DNA of 64,000 bases from Stegostoma tigrinum (GCF_030684315.1 NC_081391.1:13989342-14053341); one strand, 5' to 3'; shown: positions 1 through 12,400, counted from the first letter of the stretch. The notes: a model not told the origin generated them from the letters alone. Numbers and translations are program-made.

Positions 1-90
1 AGAAGGGACTTGTAGCGACGAACGCAGTGGCCGTACCTGCTGATCGGGGATGAATAAAACGATGTAGTGACCTTTGTTATTGTCACCATG
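1..90 (+). other. 3' UTR tail of a further ferritin copy lying upstream of the window (polyA signal AATAAA 53-58)
   Basis: 1-90 aligns with the 3' UTR behind every ferritin stop codon in the window (e.g. 962-1050 agaagggacttgtagcaaagaatgtaatggctgtacc...gaataaaa). Confidence 0.8.
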
Positions 91-156
91 TGTCAAATAG
101 CCTGTTCCCATGCTGCAGAGATTCTGAAGCTTACCTGTCCTTCTCTCCATCCCCAG

Positions 157-886
157 AAGCCAGAGAGGGCTGAGTGGGGTAACAGCCTGCAGGCGCTGCA
201 GGTTGCCCTGGATCTGGAGAAGAATGTGAACCAGAGTTTGCTGGATCTACACCAACTCGCCACAGCCCAGACTGACCCTCATGTGAGCTTTCCCACCTCC
301 TCGTTCTGATCACTGCTAGGCCCTCAGGGCAACACCTCATTGGTCTTTTGTAGATTAAAATTCACTGGGATACTTTGATCACAATATCATATCTGAACAG
401 TATGTTCATTTAATCAACATTAAAACAGCTCAGCAATGAGCTGAAATGGGAATTTGGATTCAGTACCACGAGTGATGTTGGCCACTGAATTCACTTTCAG
501 GGCCACTTGCAGTAGAATGATCATTGTCTGTCACAGTTCAGCTCGGCTCCACTTCACAAACAACAAGGTGCATCTGGAATGTTACTGTCCTCCCTGGCGC
601 AACATCTAGATGTCAGTGGCTTTTCCAGCTGTCGAGAGCCAGTTATGGTGGGGTCTGTTTCGCAGTGGGAATTCTGAAAATTTCCTGGATCATGCAAATG
701 TACCAAGTTGCCATAATTCCTCTGTTGCAGCTGTGTGACTTCCTGGAGACCCACTATTTGGATGAGGAGGTGGAGATCATCAAGCAACTTGGGGACTACA
801 TCACCAACCTGAAGCGCCTGGGAGCCCCTGAGAATGGGATGGGAGAGTACCTGTTTGACAGGCTCTCCCTGGAGGACAGCAGTTAG
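157..886 (+). pseudogene. Ferritin copy A, truncated fragment with exon 3 (157-282) and exon 4 (731-886) only
   Basis: Exon 3 [42 protein letters not shown] with cag/gt boundaries; exon 4 [14 protein letters not shown]...LSLEDSS* after cag; AATAAA 1014-1019. Only ~60 nt of intron 2 precede exon 3, directly after another copy's 3' UTR, so its own exons 1-2 are missing. Confidence 0.8.
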
Positions 887-2475
887 TGTGGCCTGGAGTA
901 CTGTCTGCTTGGTCTGAATGCATTCCCCACTTCACCCTGGGCAATCTGTCTCCTTCCAGGGAGAAGGGACTTGTAGCAAAGAATGTAATGGCTGTACCAG
1001 CTGAATGCAAATGAATAAAATGATGTGTTTATCTTGGTTCTTGTCCATCATTCAGACAGCTGGACGCTGCAGGTTCTCACCAATAGGCCGATGGGAAGAG
1101 ATATCAGGCTCTGCTTTCTGCCCAGGTGCAGGAAACAGTTCAGCTGGGACTGAGATGAGTTCAACCTGACTCGTATCCTCCCAATGGGCCCTGACATGAC
1201 CAGCATATTCTGTTTTACATTTGCTGCCTTTATCTCATGTGGACACAGCCTAAAGTTACTGGGAGCCGGTGAAGGTTCAAACCAAGGCCAGTACTGGTGG
1301 GCTGAGACCTACCCTGCCTTGTTACAGCCTACTGTAGTTGACAGCACTGAACAGTTCATTCCTCTTGTTGTGGGAGTTAAATATGCTGCTACCCTGAAGG
1401 GATCTTGGTGTAATTACCCTTAGCCTCGAGTCAATTCTCCTAGGAGCATTCTGAAGCTGGCCTAATGTGGCTTTTGTCAGTTTACTTTCTCTGACCTGTT
1501 CCAACACCTTCATTGCTTTTCTCACCCCTCCCACCACCCCACTCCTAGCAATAAACTTCCACCCTGCCAGTCTACAGCTGGGAAAATTCAGCCCCAACAT
1601 TGACAGCACCCATATTCCATGGAGTTAGCTCAGGAAATTATCTTGAACTGTTACATGCTCATGTATGAGCTCAATACCACTTCGAGCACCATCACTGTGT
1701 CTTTTGGAGTAACACAGCAACACTCGTGGTTCAATGCTGCCATTTGATTGGCTCTTGCTGCTAAAGCCAGCATTGAGTGCACTAAGCTGCTCCCTTGGTT
1801 CCTCTGTGCTTCACACACGCTGAGGGTTACTCCTGATGAAGGTAGATTTCACCCAATCACATTGAAGCATCAGTGCGACTTGGAGAGGAGACCGTGAGAT
1901 GCTGACTTTCCTGTACGACTGCTTCTTCTATCTTTTTGAGGTGTCAGAGAGATGATGGGTTGAGGAGGGGGTGATCAGAGCCAGCCTGGGGATTGTTCCA
2001 GGGAGTTGTGTAGCGAGTGCACACTGCAGCCTTCACTGAAGGTGTGGGTCGTTCAGGCACTGAATGTATTTGTTCCAGTACAAGAAGTGTTTTATTTCAA
2101 ATAATCTTGAGTCTTGGCTGTAGAATCTGTGAATCCGTGCAGTGCAGGAAGAGATTGTTCAGCCCATTTAGTCTGCACTGATCCTCTGTCCTCTGAACAG
2201 CATCTTGTTCAGACACACCCTGTCTTCTTGCCCCCATCTTTCTATCCCACAGCCATTGCAAAGTAAACTGCATGTCTCTGGACTGTGGGAGGAAAGGAAC
2301 CCACACAGACACGGGGACGATGTACAGCCTCGTCAGAGTCGCCCATGACTGGAATGACATGTGGGTCCCGGGCACTATGCAGCAGCAGTGCTCATCAGTA
2401 AGATACCATGCCCCCGAAAGTAACAAAAACAGGAGCAGGTGGTGAGGAAAGTAAAGCAAGCTTTTCCTTTTTCAG

Positions 2476-5400
2476 ATGAGTTCCCAGATCAGTCAGAACT
2501 GTCACCAGGATTGTGAAGCTACTGTCAAAAGGCAGATTAATGTGGAGCTCACTGCCTCCTATCTCTATCAGTCTTTGGTGAGTGGTGTCCCTGCAGGGTT
2601 AAAACTTGATCTATGTAGTTGAAGTAAATGTTTTCTCTTGAATTTAATTAACTGGGCACTCTCTCTTTGTAGATTGAGTTTTGTAGTCCTTTCCTAAATA
2701 TTAATTCAGGATAAGGGCAACGTTACTATACCAATGGGGTTTGATAATGATGTACTCTGAAGCTGGGTCCCAGTTGGGCTTCAGAGATATGTGGAGGATG
2801 AAGTGTCCCTGGAGATATTTGCCACTTTGGTGTTTGAATTGGCAGTAGATGTCATTCCCTCTAAGATTACCAAATGTTGGTAGGGTTACTTCAGAAAGGT
2901 ATTATATTGATCAGACTGTGGGACTAGAATCACCCACTGGCTAGTTACCCTCTTTCTGACAGGTTTAAGTATCTGATTTTATATTTGCTTGCTTTTGTGG
3001 TGATACTTAAATATCAATTCTGATATTGACAATGATAATTCCCTATTGCAGTCTGCTGTGGCTAATCTGAGCAAACCTACTTGAGGTTAGGCTGTGAGTG
3101 ACTGGTATCTGACTTTTTAAAGTAGATCTCAGCTGAGGCCTGCTTGGCATTTTGCACTCCCATCATGAGATGGGTGTGGCCTATCCCTGAACCTGTAGAA
3201 AGTTGATCTGCTTTAGTGTGTGGCGTGTTGAAGCTTCTGCAAACCATGTTTGCCTCCTGCCCCCTCACCCACACCCTGCATCCCCTCTAGCTGCTGGCGT
3301 CTGAGATTCATGGTCCAGTCTCTATGCCATCCTGATAGGGAACAAACTGTCCCCTTTAGCCAGGTGGCAGTGAACCTGTAACTTTCCAATGGGTAGAATG
3401 TTTCAGACAGTAGGAACAGCAGATGCTGGAGAATCTGAGATAACAAGGTGTAGAGCTGAATGAACACAGCAGGCCAAGCAGCATCAGAGGAGCAGGAAGG
3501 CTGATGTCTTGGGGCATGACCCTTCTGAAGGTGGGCCTAGGCCCAAAACAGCAGCCTTCCTGCTCCTCTGCTTGGCCTGATGTGTTCATCCAGCTCTACA
3601 TCATCGTATCTCAAGGGGTAGAATGTGTTTGGAAGTTGTGTTGAAGTAACCTTGGTGAGTGCTGCAGGGGACCTGGTAGATAATGGACCCTGAAAGGAGG
3701 TGGTGAATGCAGTCCCCATGAAGTGGGCTGCTCTGTCCTGGATGGTGTCTGCATCTTGAATGTTGTAGCTCCACCTCCACAGACACATGGAGAATCTTCT
3801 TCACTCTCAGCTTTTGTCTGTTAGAAAGAAGATGCCTCATGACAGATGGATGAAGCCCGTATAAACTCCATTTGGGAGGTGGGTACAGCTTTCATTGGTG
3901 AGCCAGTTGACGGGTTTTAATTACTGACCAGGGTCCCAATTCCCTTGGGGAACACGTGTGCCAATTATAAAATCCTTCCTATTCTCTCCTGCCACAGCTT
4001 GTTCCTACCCCGTTAAACAGACAAGAAATTTTGTTTGACTGCTTCTACATGAAGACAATAACTTCCCACCAGGCTTCCTCGACAACAAAACTCTTAGCTC
4101 CTGTTTCAAATATCAGAAGAATAGCCCTTCATAAACCTCAAGGCATTGGATTGTGAATATCTCGGTTCGGAAGTGAGTCACATATGGGTGGACAAACAAC
4201 AGAACGGTGCCAGCTGGGATAAGCCAAACTTTGTTGTCCAGCTTTGTGTTAACTAGTGACGTTAGATCAGCCATTATCTGTAGATACAGGTCACATTGGT
4301 TCTCTCTCTCCAATATTTGACCTTCCCTCAGTTTGATTCAATTTGTTTTGTTCATGTGACCCTTGTTCTCCCCCTTCTGGATGTGAGTGCACTAATTTTA
4401 GTGTGCTATAAACTATAACTGCAACAATCCAGAGGCAGTTACTGGGTAGGTTTTCCTTTGCACTATCTTGTTGTCGCTTTCTCTCATTCGCCTCTATTAT
4501 ATCTTGTAGTCATAAAATATACCGTACATTCAATCTCCCTGGTTTTGAGGCCACAGAAACCTTGCTTCGTCCTGGTTATATTGTTACAGCAGTGTCTAAC
4601 ATGTATTTCCATGCCAGCCCCAAAGGAGCAATAGTGTTACAGCTCCCCTACTCAAGTATAGCCTGCACTCCAGCTCCTGGTGCTTGTTTCAGCTGTTTGT
4701 TTGGCACTAATATTGTCCAATTCGAATGAAGGTTAGTGAGTGCAAACATGGCTGGATACAAGAAGAGCTATAATGCTGTGCCAGGCAGCCTGAGTAATTT
4801 ACTGTTTGTTTTAAGCCAAACTTTTGCCAGTTTCCAACAGGAAATTGGGATTGTTCTGTTTGATCCCAGTTGAAGGATCTGCTGGACAGCTGGACATCAT
4901 TGGGTTCTCAAACATGTTCACATACCAGGCAGTTAGTTTGCTGCAGAAGGCTGAACTAGAATTTGGAGTCAGTGCTGTGTTTAATGGGCTTTAACATGTT
5001 ATCTCCCTTCCAGATGTCCTACTTTGACCGGGATGATGTGGCCCTCCCCCACTTCTCCAGGTTCTTCAAAGATCAGTCCCGGGAGAAGCAGGAACATGCA
5101 GAGAAGCTGCTGAAATTCCAGAATCAGCGTGGAGGCCGAGTCCTCCTCCAGGATGTGAAGGTTGGAGTTGGGTGGGAGGGTTGCAGCTGTGGAGGAGAGA
5201 ATGGCAGCTCTTGTGGTGCTGCGTCCTGTTGGGATGTGAAAATCCTATTTTGGCATGGCTTCCCTGTTTGATTTCTTTTGAAGGCAGTTTCTAAACAAGC
5301 CCTATTGTCCACCATGTCTATGCTGCCCACAAACATCAAACTAGACTAACACAATTTCCTGCACTTAGTCCACAGCCGACTATCTTCTGGCATGAAGAAG

Positions 5401-7204
5401 TTGTTGAGATTAGGCTTCAATGTTGCTGGAGTAACTGCCTCCACTGACCCCTCAGGTAATGCATCCCATACCTCTCCCACCCTCGACTGGGTGGGTGGGT
5501 CCTCCAATCTCCTCAAACCTGTGCCATCTGGTCTTCATGTCTGCCATGGGGACTGTGTATTGTCCATCCTCCCTGATCTTCCACACTTCCATCAGATCAC
5601 CATCCCAGGCTATCCAACCTCCCTCTCATCATTGTATTTTTGTTGTCTTTTTTTGCTTCCATCTTGGGCCAACATCCTGATGACCCTCACCTGTACCCCC
5701 TGCAGTGCCACCTTGTCCCTCTGATGGTGGTTCTGGTCACCACACTACATTCCATCTTTGGTCTGGCCAATGCTGCCATGTTTGTGGCAAGACTCATCCT
5801 TTCTACTGAGCCCCAAATCATGGAGACCAGCATCATGTCAGCCCCTTCCCCACTCTGTCTACCTTTGCTGAACCTTGAGGGATGGACTTGGGCATTTGTT
5901 GCTTGTCCCTTTTACTGTAAGCACATTGCTCCCTTCAATGAATTAAATAGTAGTGATGTCTGATCATCCTGCTCAGACATGGATGAAGCCACCAGCACAG
6001 GTGAGACATAGATGCCTGGCCTGCAAGGTGCAGATTGGTACTCTACCTCAAGAGCCCTTGAGACTAAGGTGTCAATGTCCTGATCTAAACGCCAAATGGG
6101 CACTGGTGCAAACAGTTGAACTTTGTGTGAAATAAATCCCTAGCCCACAATGACTTCATGCTTCAGATCAAGGATAAATGGAGCAAAGTGAAGTCACTTC
6201 ACAAGTAATGAATGTGGGTTTTAGGGGTGGCACAGTTGCTCAGTGCCAGGGACACAGGTTTAGCTCTGGCCTCTGATGACTGGTGCTTACATGTTCAGGT
6301 TTCTTCCTACAGTCCAAATATGGGCAGGCTGGGTGAAGTAGCCATGGGGGAATTGCAGTGCGAATGGCTCAGGTAAATCTGAGATCTTCTTCAGAAGGTT
6401 GATTGCAGACTCAATGGGCTGAATGGCCTGCTCCCATGCTGCGGCGAGTCTCTGATTCTGAAGCTTAACTGTTCCTGTTTCCATCCTCAGAAGCCTGAGA
6501 GGGATGAGTGGGGTAACAGTCTGCAGGCAATGCAGGTTGCCCTGGATGTGGAGAAGAATGTGAACCAGAGTTTGCTGGATCTACACCAACTCGCCACAGC
6601 CCAGACTGACCCTCATGCAAGCTTCACCTCTTCATTCTCATCACTGCCATGCCTCCTCAACTTCATTGGTTGGTCTTTGTGGAGTGGAAATTCACAGACG
6701 TAACTTTGTCCAGATGCTACATTGTACCTTTGTCATCATAATTATGATGACAATGTTAAACTGCTCAACACCGAACTGAAATAGGAATTTGGATTACAGT
6801 CTAGTGGGAATGCTGATGTGATTTTTGGCTGCTGAATTGGGGATTGTTGCACTATACAATACAACTTGGAGCTCTTTAAGAAGGTGAGATGAAGCAGCTG
6901 AAATGTCCTCACTGGCACAAATTCTCCACCTGTTAGCTAGATTTTCAGGGATGTCTAGAACTAGCTATGGCTCAGTCTTTTTCAGTAGGAATTGTGAAGT
7001 TGTCTTGGATAGTATAAATGTACCAAGTGTCATATTCCTCTGTTGCAGCTGTGTGACTTCCTGGAGACTCACTATTTGGATGAGGAGGTGGAGATCATCA
7101 AGCAACTCGGGGACTACATCACCAACCTGAAGCGCCTGGGAGCCCCTGAGAATGGGATGGGAGAGTACCTGTTTGACAGGCTCTCCCTGGAGGACAGCAG
7201 TTAG
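2476..7204 (+). CDS. Ferritin copy B (exons 2476-2577, 5014-5160, 6491-6616, 7049-7204); open 176-aa frame but promoter deleted and intron 3 donor is GC; possibly a pseudogene
   Basis: Spliced translation [52 protein letters not shown]...[12 protein letters not shown]...[13 protein letters not shown]...LEDSS*. Donor after 6616 is gcaagc. AATAAA 7330-7335. No TATA/CCAAT/DR1 cassette upstream. Confidence 0.7.
3402..3611. mobile_element. Short inverted-repeat element, probably Penelope-like terminal-repeat derived, in intron 1 of B; remnant in F at about 36185-36318
   Basis: Inverted arms (gtagagctgaatgaacacagcaggccaagcag / ctgcttggcctgatgtgttcatccagctctac); flanking 15-bp direct repeat caatgggtagaatgt 3387-3401 and caaggggtagaatgt 3612-3626. 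Confidence 0.7.
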
Positions 7205-8639
7205 TGTGGCCTGGAGTACTGTCTGCTTGTTCTGAATGTATTCCCCACTTCACCCTGGGCAACCCGTCTCCTTCCAGGGAGAAGAGGCTTGTAGCAAAGA
7301 ATAATGGCTGTACCAGCTGAATGCAAATGAATAAAATCATTTATGATCTTGCTTATTGTCCATCATTCAGAGCACTGGATATTTTGGGAAATGTCTTATT
7401 GAGCTTGAAGGCAGTTCTCTTTCTGTAATTTGGCTGACCCAATTACTAATTGGACATGAAAACAACCTTTCAATGGATGTATTTACTCACTCTCGATCAT
7501 TGCACAGTAACTAGACGGACTTCCTTTTTCTCATGACACAGGAGACTCAAGACTTTCCCCTCTAAGTAGGATGAGGTTGGTGTTTCCCCAATTGTGGGGT
7601 GGAAAATCTTCCAGAGGTCAATTAGTACAGTTCTGGATACTCTAGGTTCAATTGTCGATCAGAACTTGTCTTCCTTTTTGAGACAGGAAGTTCCCGTACC
7701 TGCTCGAAGGGATAAACCAGACGCCCATTCCATAGGATGTGGGATATCTACGTTCAATGCCAGGTTTCCCTTCCTACAGGCTCCCCTCAGTCACCACGAG
7801 CAATGAGATTTGTCACTCGGACGATAATCTAATGGGAAGACAAGTCTGTGATTTGGAGGCTGGATCAGTTGACAAAATGCTGGCGGAAGTAGATATATCA
7901 AGTTCTGCTCTAAATCCAGTTGCAGGAACCAGCTAAGTTAGGAAAGACACAGGCTTGACTCATCTGGTGTAACCTCCCCAGTGAGGCCCTACCATGACCA
8001 GTATTTTCTATTCTCAGCATTGTTGTTTTTGGTCTCCTGTGAATGTAGCCTAGGGATCTTGGAGCCGGTTATGGATCAAAGCAGGACCAGCACTGGAGGC
8101 CTGTGACCTTCTCTTTCTCCCCATCTCTTGTTCCAGCCAACTGCAGTTGCACCCCCTACCCAGTTAAATCCCTCTTGACATTTCTGAGGGAGGGTGGCTG
8201 GACTCACTGTGGGTTGGCTTTTTCATTCCTCCATCTGAGTAACATAGCCCGCTCCATCTTTGCTCAAGAAGGAGTCAGTTCACACTGGGGCTGAGCTTTT
8301 CCCAAGAGCAATCCAAAATTGTCTTTCATGTGCCATCCTCCCCTTCTTCCTCCTCCTTTCTCCACCACACCCCCCTTCTCTCCCAGCATTCACTCCAACA
8401 AGCTGCCCAGCCCAGATCTGGGAAAATTCAGCCCAACCGTTCACAGAAGCCACTTACCAAGAGGTCAGCTGGAATTCCCCTGATCTGTATGGGATTCCAA
8501 TGTCTGCTCTCGATGCTAACAACAGGAAGTTTTAGTTTTTGCTGTAGAATCCCTCAATGCGGGCAGATGCCATTCAGCTGATTAAATTTGTAATGACCTA
8601 CTGAGCAACCTCCTGCTGAGGGACACCCTATTCCCTTAA

Positions 8640-8885
8640 TCCCACATTTCCCATGGCTAATCTAACAAATCCGAATGCCCCTTGTCACTGTCAGCAATTA
8701 TCTTTGCCAATCGACCTAATCTGCAGCCCATTGGACTAGGGGAGGGAGTCGGAGCAGATGGTGGAAATCCATGCAGACACAGGGAGAATGTGCAAACTCC
8801 ACTCATGTTGCCAAAGGCTCGAATTGAACCAGAGTCCCTGTGGCTGTGACGTATCAGTGCTCACCACTGAGCCCCCATCACGCCC
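8640..8885 (-). mobile_element. Older V-SINE-like copy; related decayed copies near 2270-2410, 15840-16005, 33190-33340, 42130-42320 and 58720-58870
   Basis: Reverse complement of the SINE core (cagacacagggagaatgtgcaaactccac...gaattgaacc...ctcaccactgagcc). Confidence 0.7.
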
Positions 8886-9133
8886 AAAAGTACCAAACAA
8901 AAGGGGGAGGCTGTTGCACAGTCATCAAGTCGTACATCATGGAAATAGACTCTTCTGCCCACACAGTCCCTACACACCAGGTTTCCAAAACTCTGTAGTG
9001 CCATTTGGCCCATCTTCCTCGAAGCCATTCCTTCCCCCATAAGTGTCCAAATGTCTTATCAAAGTGGTAATTATACGTCTATTTTATTCTCATTTTCAGG
9101 TTGATAAACTTATACAATTTGTTCTTGCACAGG

Positions 9134-9315
9134 AGGTCAAAGGTCATTCAGCAATTCCATCATCCACCAGTTGTCAATTCTGGTTTCTGGATCCAATTCC
9201 CATCCTGCACTGATTGGACGTGGCAACTGATCAATTGATTAACAAGAGTGATTGGCCATCACTGATGATGTCATTTCCTGCTCAAAAAATGAGGGTCTTC
9301 TCCTGGAGTATAAAT
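9134..9315 (+). promoter_or_regulatory. Proximal promoter of copy C: DR1, two inverted CCAAT boxes, TGATGTCA/TTTCCTG motif, TATA
   Basis: AGGTCAAAGGTCA 9134-9146; ATTGG at 9213 and 9251; TATAAAT 9309-9315; block shared by seven copies. Confidence 0.75.
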
Positions 9316-9411
9316 AGAGCCCAATGGCATTGCTATTTTAGGTGTAGCTGATTTTCTTTCTATATTTATAATTTGGTTTTGTTGGATAAGGAAAGTTGTT
9401 TCTATCACAAA

Positions 9412-12400
9412 ATGGCCTCCCAGATCAGTCAGAACTATCACCAGGATTGTGAAGCTGCTGTCAACAAGCAGATTAATGTGGAGCTCACTGCCTCCTATCT
9501 CTATCAGTCTTTGGTGAGTGCTGTCCCTGTGGGGTTGGAGTTACTTCTGTTATGAAGTGAACTGTTTTTTTTTAAAACAAACTAGATTAATACTCTTGTA
9601 TAATAAAATGTGAGGCTGGATGAACACAGCAGGCCAAGCAGCATCTCAGGAGCACACGTTTAGCTTTTGTGCTCCTGAGATGCTGCTTGGCCTGCTGTGT
9701 TCATCCAGCCTCACATTTTATTATCTTGGAATTCTCCAGCATCTGCAGTTCCCATTATCTTTAACACTCTTGTAGACTTGTTTGTTTTTTTTTGTATCTC
9801 TCTTAGCTATTTCTTGATTCAGCGTAAATGTGGTGACAATGGGATATGATACTGATATGCAGCAACTGAGGCCCCAGTTGTCTCAATGATATATGGAGGG
9901 TGAAGCATCTTGTGATTTATCTTACAATTCCTTTTAGGGCTGTGATTGCCTATAACTGGCTGTGGCTCTCCATAATTTTCTAAACTACTGTCAAGCTTTG
10001 ATCCAGATAACCATTGGCTAACTACCTTTTTAAATCTGCCTTGATGTATCTGCTTTAATTTTGTGCATGTAAATAAACAAACATACTGGTTTTGGTATTT
10101 ACAATAAGGTGTTGTAGTAATTTGACAAATCAGATTTTTTTAAGCTGAACTGAAGTCCTTGAGGTAAGACAAGCTGCTCCCTGCTTAAGTAGGTCTCCGA
10201 TATTATTTTGGCTTTCTGTGCTCTATATCATGAAGTGGGTTTGATCCATCACTTCACAACCTATAGAAAGTTGACTTGTTATAGGTGCCTGCCCCCCCCC
10301 GACCCCCCCGCCCCCAAAAGGGGGCTGCTGGAACATGCTGAGGCTATTGACCCAGAGGTGAAGAAATAAATGTTCTTCCTTTACCATTTAACCAGATAAA
10401 GAAACAAACTGGCTCCTCCCACCATGTGGTGGTGCCCCTGTGCCCTTCCAAGGAGTAGAATGTGTTCAGAAGGTGTTGAGGTCCCCTTGGTGAGTGCTGC
10501 AGGGGACCTGGTAGATAATGGACCCTGAAAGGAGGTGGTGAATGCAGTCCCCACGAAGTGGGCTGCTCTGTCCTGGATGGTGTCTGCTTCTTGCACGTTG
10601 CAGCTCCACTTTTCTCCAGACACATGGAGAATATTCATCACTCTCTGGGCTTGTGCCTATTGGAAGGAAGTCCTATCTAGGGACATGAGGATAAAGTCCC
10701 TATAACTACCTTTTTGGGAGGTGGGAATAGCTTTAACTAGTGAACCAATTGTTGGGTTTTAGTCACTGACCACTGTCCCAACTCAATAGGGAATCTTGTG
10801 TGCTGATAATAAAATCCCCACTATTCTTCACCTTCTACAACTTAACTACCCAATTAAACCACTTTTTTAACTTTTAGTTTGTATTTGAGGATTAAACTAA
10901 CTTCTCACCAGGATTCTACCAAAGAACAACTTCTTCTTTTGATGTCAATAGACTGTTCCTAATCAGCAGTAACTTGTTGGATTGTGAATCTCAGTTGAAA
11001 AGTGAGTGAAATGAGTGGGGAAAACAATAGTTTAGCCTCTTGGAATAAGCTAAATTGAGCTCTCCAGCTTTGAACAAGTCAACAATCTATAGGTCACACA
11101 GTCCTGCAGATACCATTAGGCCTCCTGAACATTTGATCTTGTTTCAGTTGTGAATTTTAATGCTTTGCTTTGCAAGCTTCTGGCAACCTGAGTGCATGGC
11201 ATAAACAAATGTGATAAACTATTGCTGCAACAAGCCAAAGGCTGTCACTGGGCAGGCTCTCCTTTAGCACCAAGATTCTCCTAATCGCCCTCATTCTCCT
11301 GCATACTGCAAACAGCATCTCTTGTAGAGCTGCTTTATGTAAAAAAAAATACAGTACATCTGATCCAATTGGTTGCAGAAGACCTGTACCTACCAGCTAT
11401 ATTAATGTCCAGCATCTGCATGTTACTCGAGCACCAGGGGAGACATGTAATGACTTGAAGTTGCCTGACCCTGTGCACATCCTGCATTCCAGCTCCTGGC
11501 ACTTGTTTAAACCCTATTCAGTTACCACTTCCATCCATTTCTGGAGGCTAGATGGTAGAAATGTGCTTTCAGCTTTTCTATCCAGGCTGTGCCAGACACC
11601 CCCCCCCCCCAAACAATTCAGCAGGGTTTACAAACCAAAACACTGAATTTGCATCTTACGTGGAAGAAGCTGGGGTTGTTTGGTTTCCTCCAATTAAAGG
11701 AGCTGCTGGCTAATTTTGCAACACCATTAGTGAACATTGTAAGGTGTCAACAATTTTCAGCTGATTGAATCATTAGTTTGCTTTAGACTAAACCAGTCCT
11801 CCAGTTCTGAGCATGAGAAATGGGGTCAATGATGTGTTTAATGGGCTTTAACATGTTATCTCCCTTCTAGATGTCGTACTTTGACCGGGATGATGTTGCC
11901 CTCACCCATGTCTCCCGGTTCTTCAAAGATCAGTCCCAGGAGAAGCAGGAACATGCAGAGAAGCTGCTGAAATTCCAGAATCGGCGTGGAGGCAGAGTCC
12001 TCCTCCAGGATGTGAAGGTTGGAGTTTGGGAGGGGGGCATGGTGTGGTGTGCAGGAATGGTAGCTCATGGTGTTTTCTGTTAGTAGTGACAAGATTTTCA
12101 TGTGGTAAAGGATGTGAAGGTTGGAGTTGGAGAAGGCAGGCAGTGGGGAGGAGATGTGAGAAATGGCTGCTTATGGTGTGGTTTCATGTCCTGAAAGAAA
12201 GTGAAAACTGTTTTGTTTGGCTCCCCTCCTTTTGACTAAAAGGAAAGAAATCCCAGAAACAAGCCTCTTGGCTCCCCTCCACCTGCTGCTCCCCCCCCCC
12301 CCCCCCATGCTGACCCGATAAACACCAAACCACATGAATCCCATTTACTGCACTTGGTCTACAGCCCCCATGGCATTGGTAGTTGTCTAGAAGCTGCTTA

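Noticed and set aside
801-1010. Repeated minus-strand ORF ending [29 protein letters not shown]
   Set aside because: Antisense of ferritin exon 4 and 3' UTR; its conservation derives from the sense gene.
10344-10625. Recurrent minus-strand ORFs with [14 protein letters not shown] in intron 1
   Set aside because: Decayed retroelement C-terminus inherited with each duplication; frames are broken differently in each copy.
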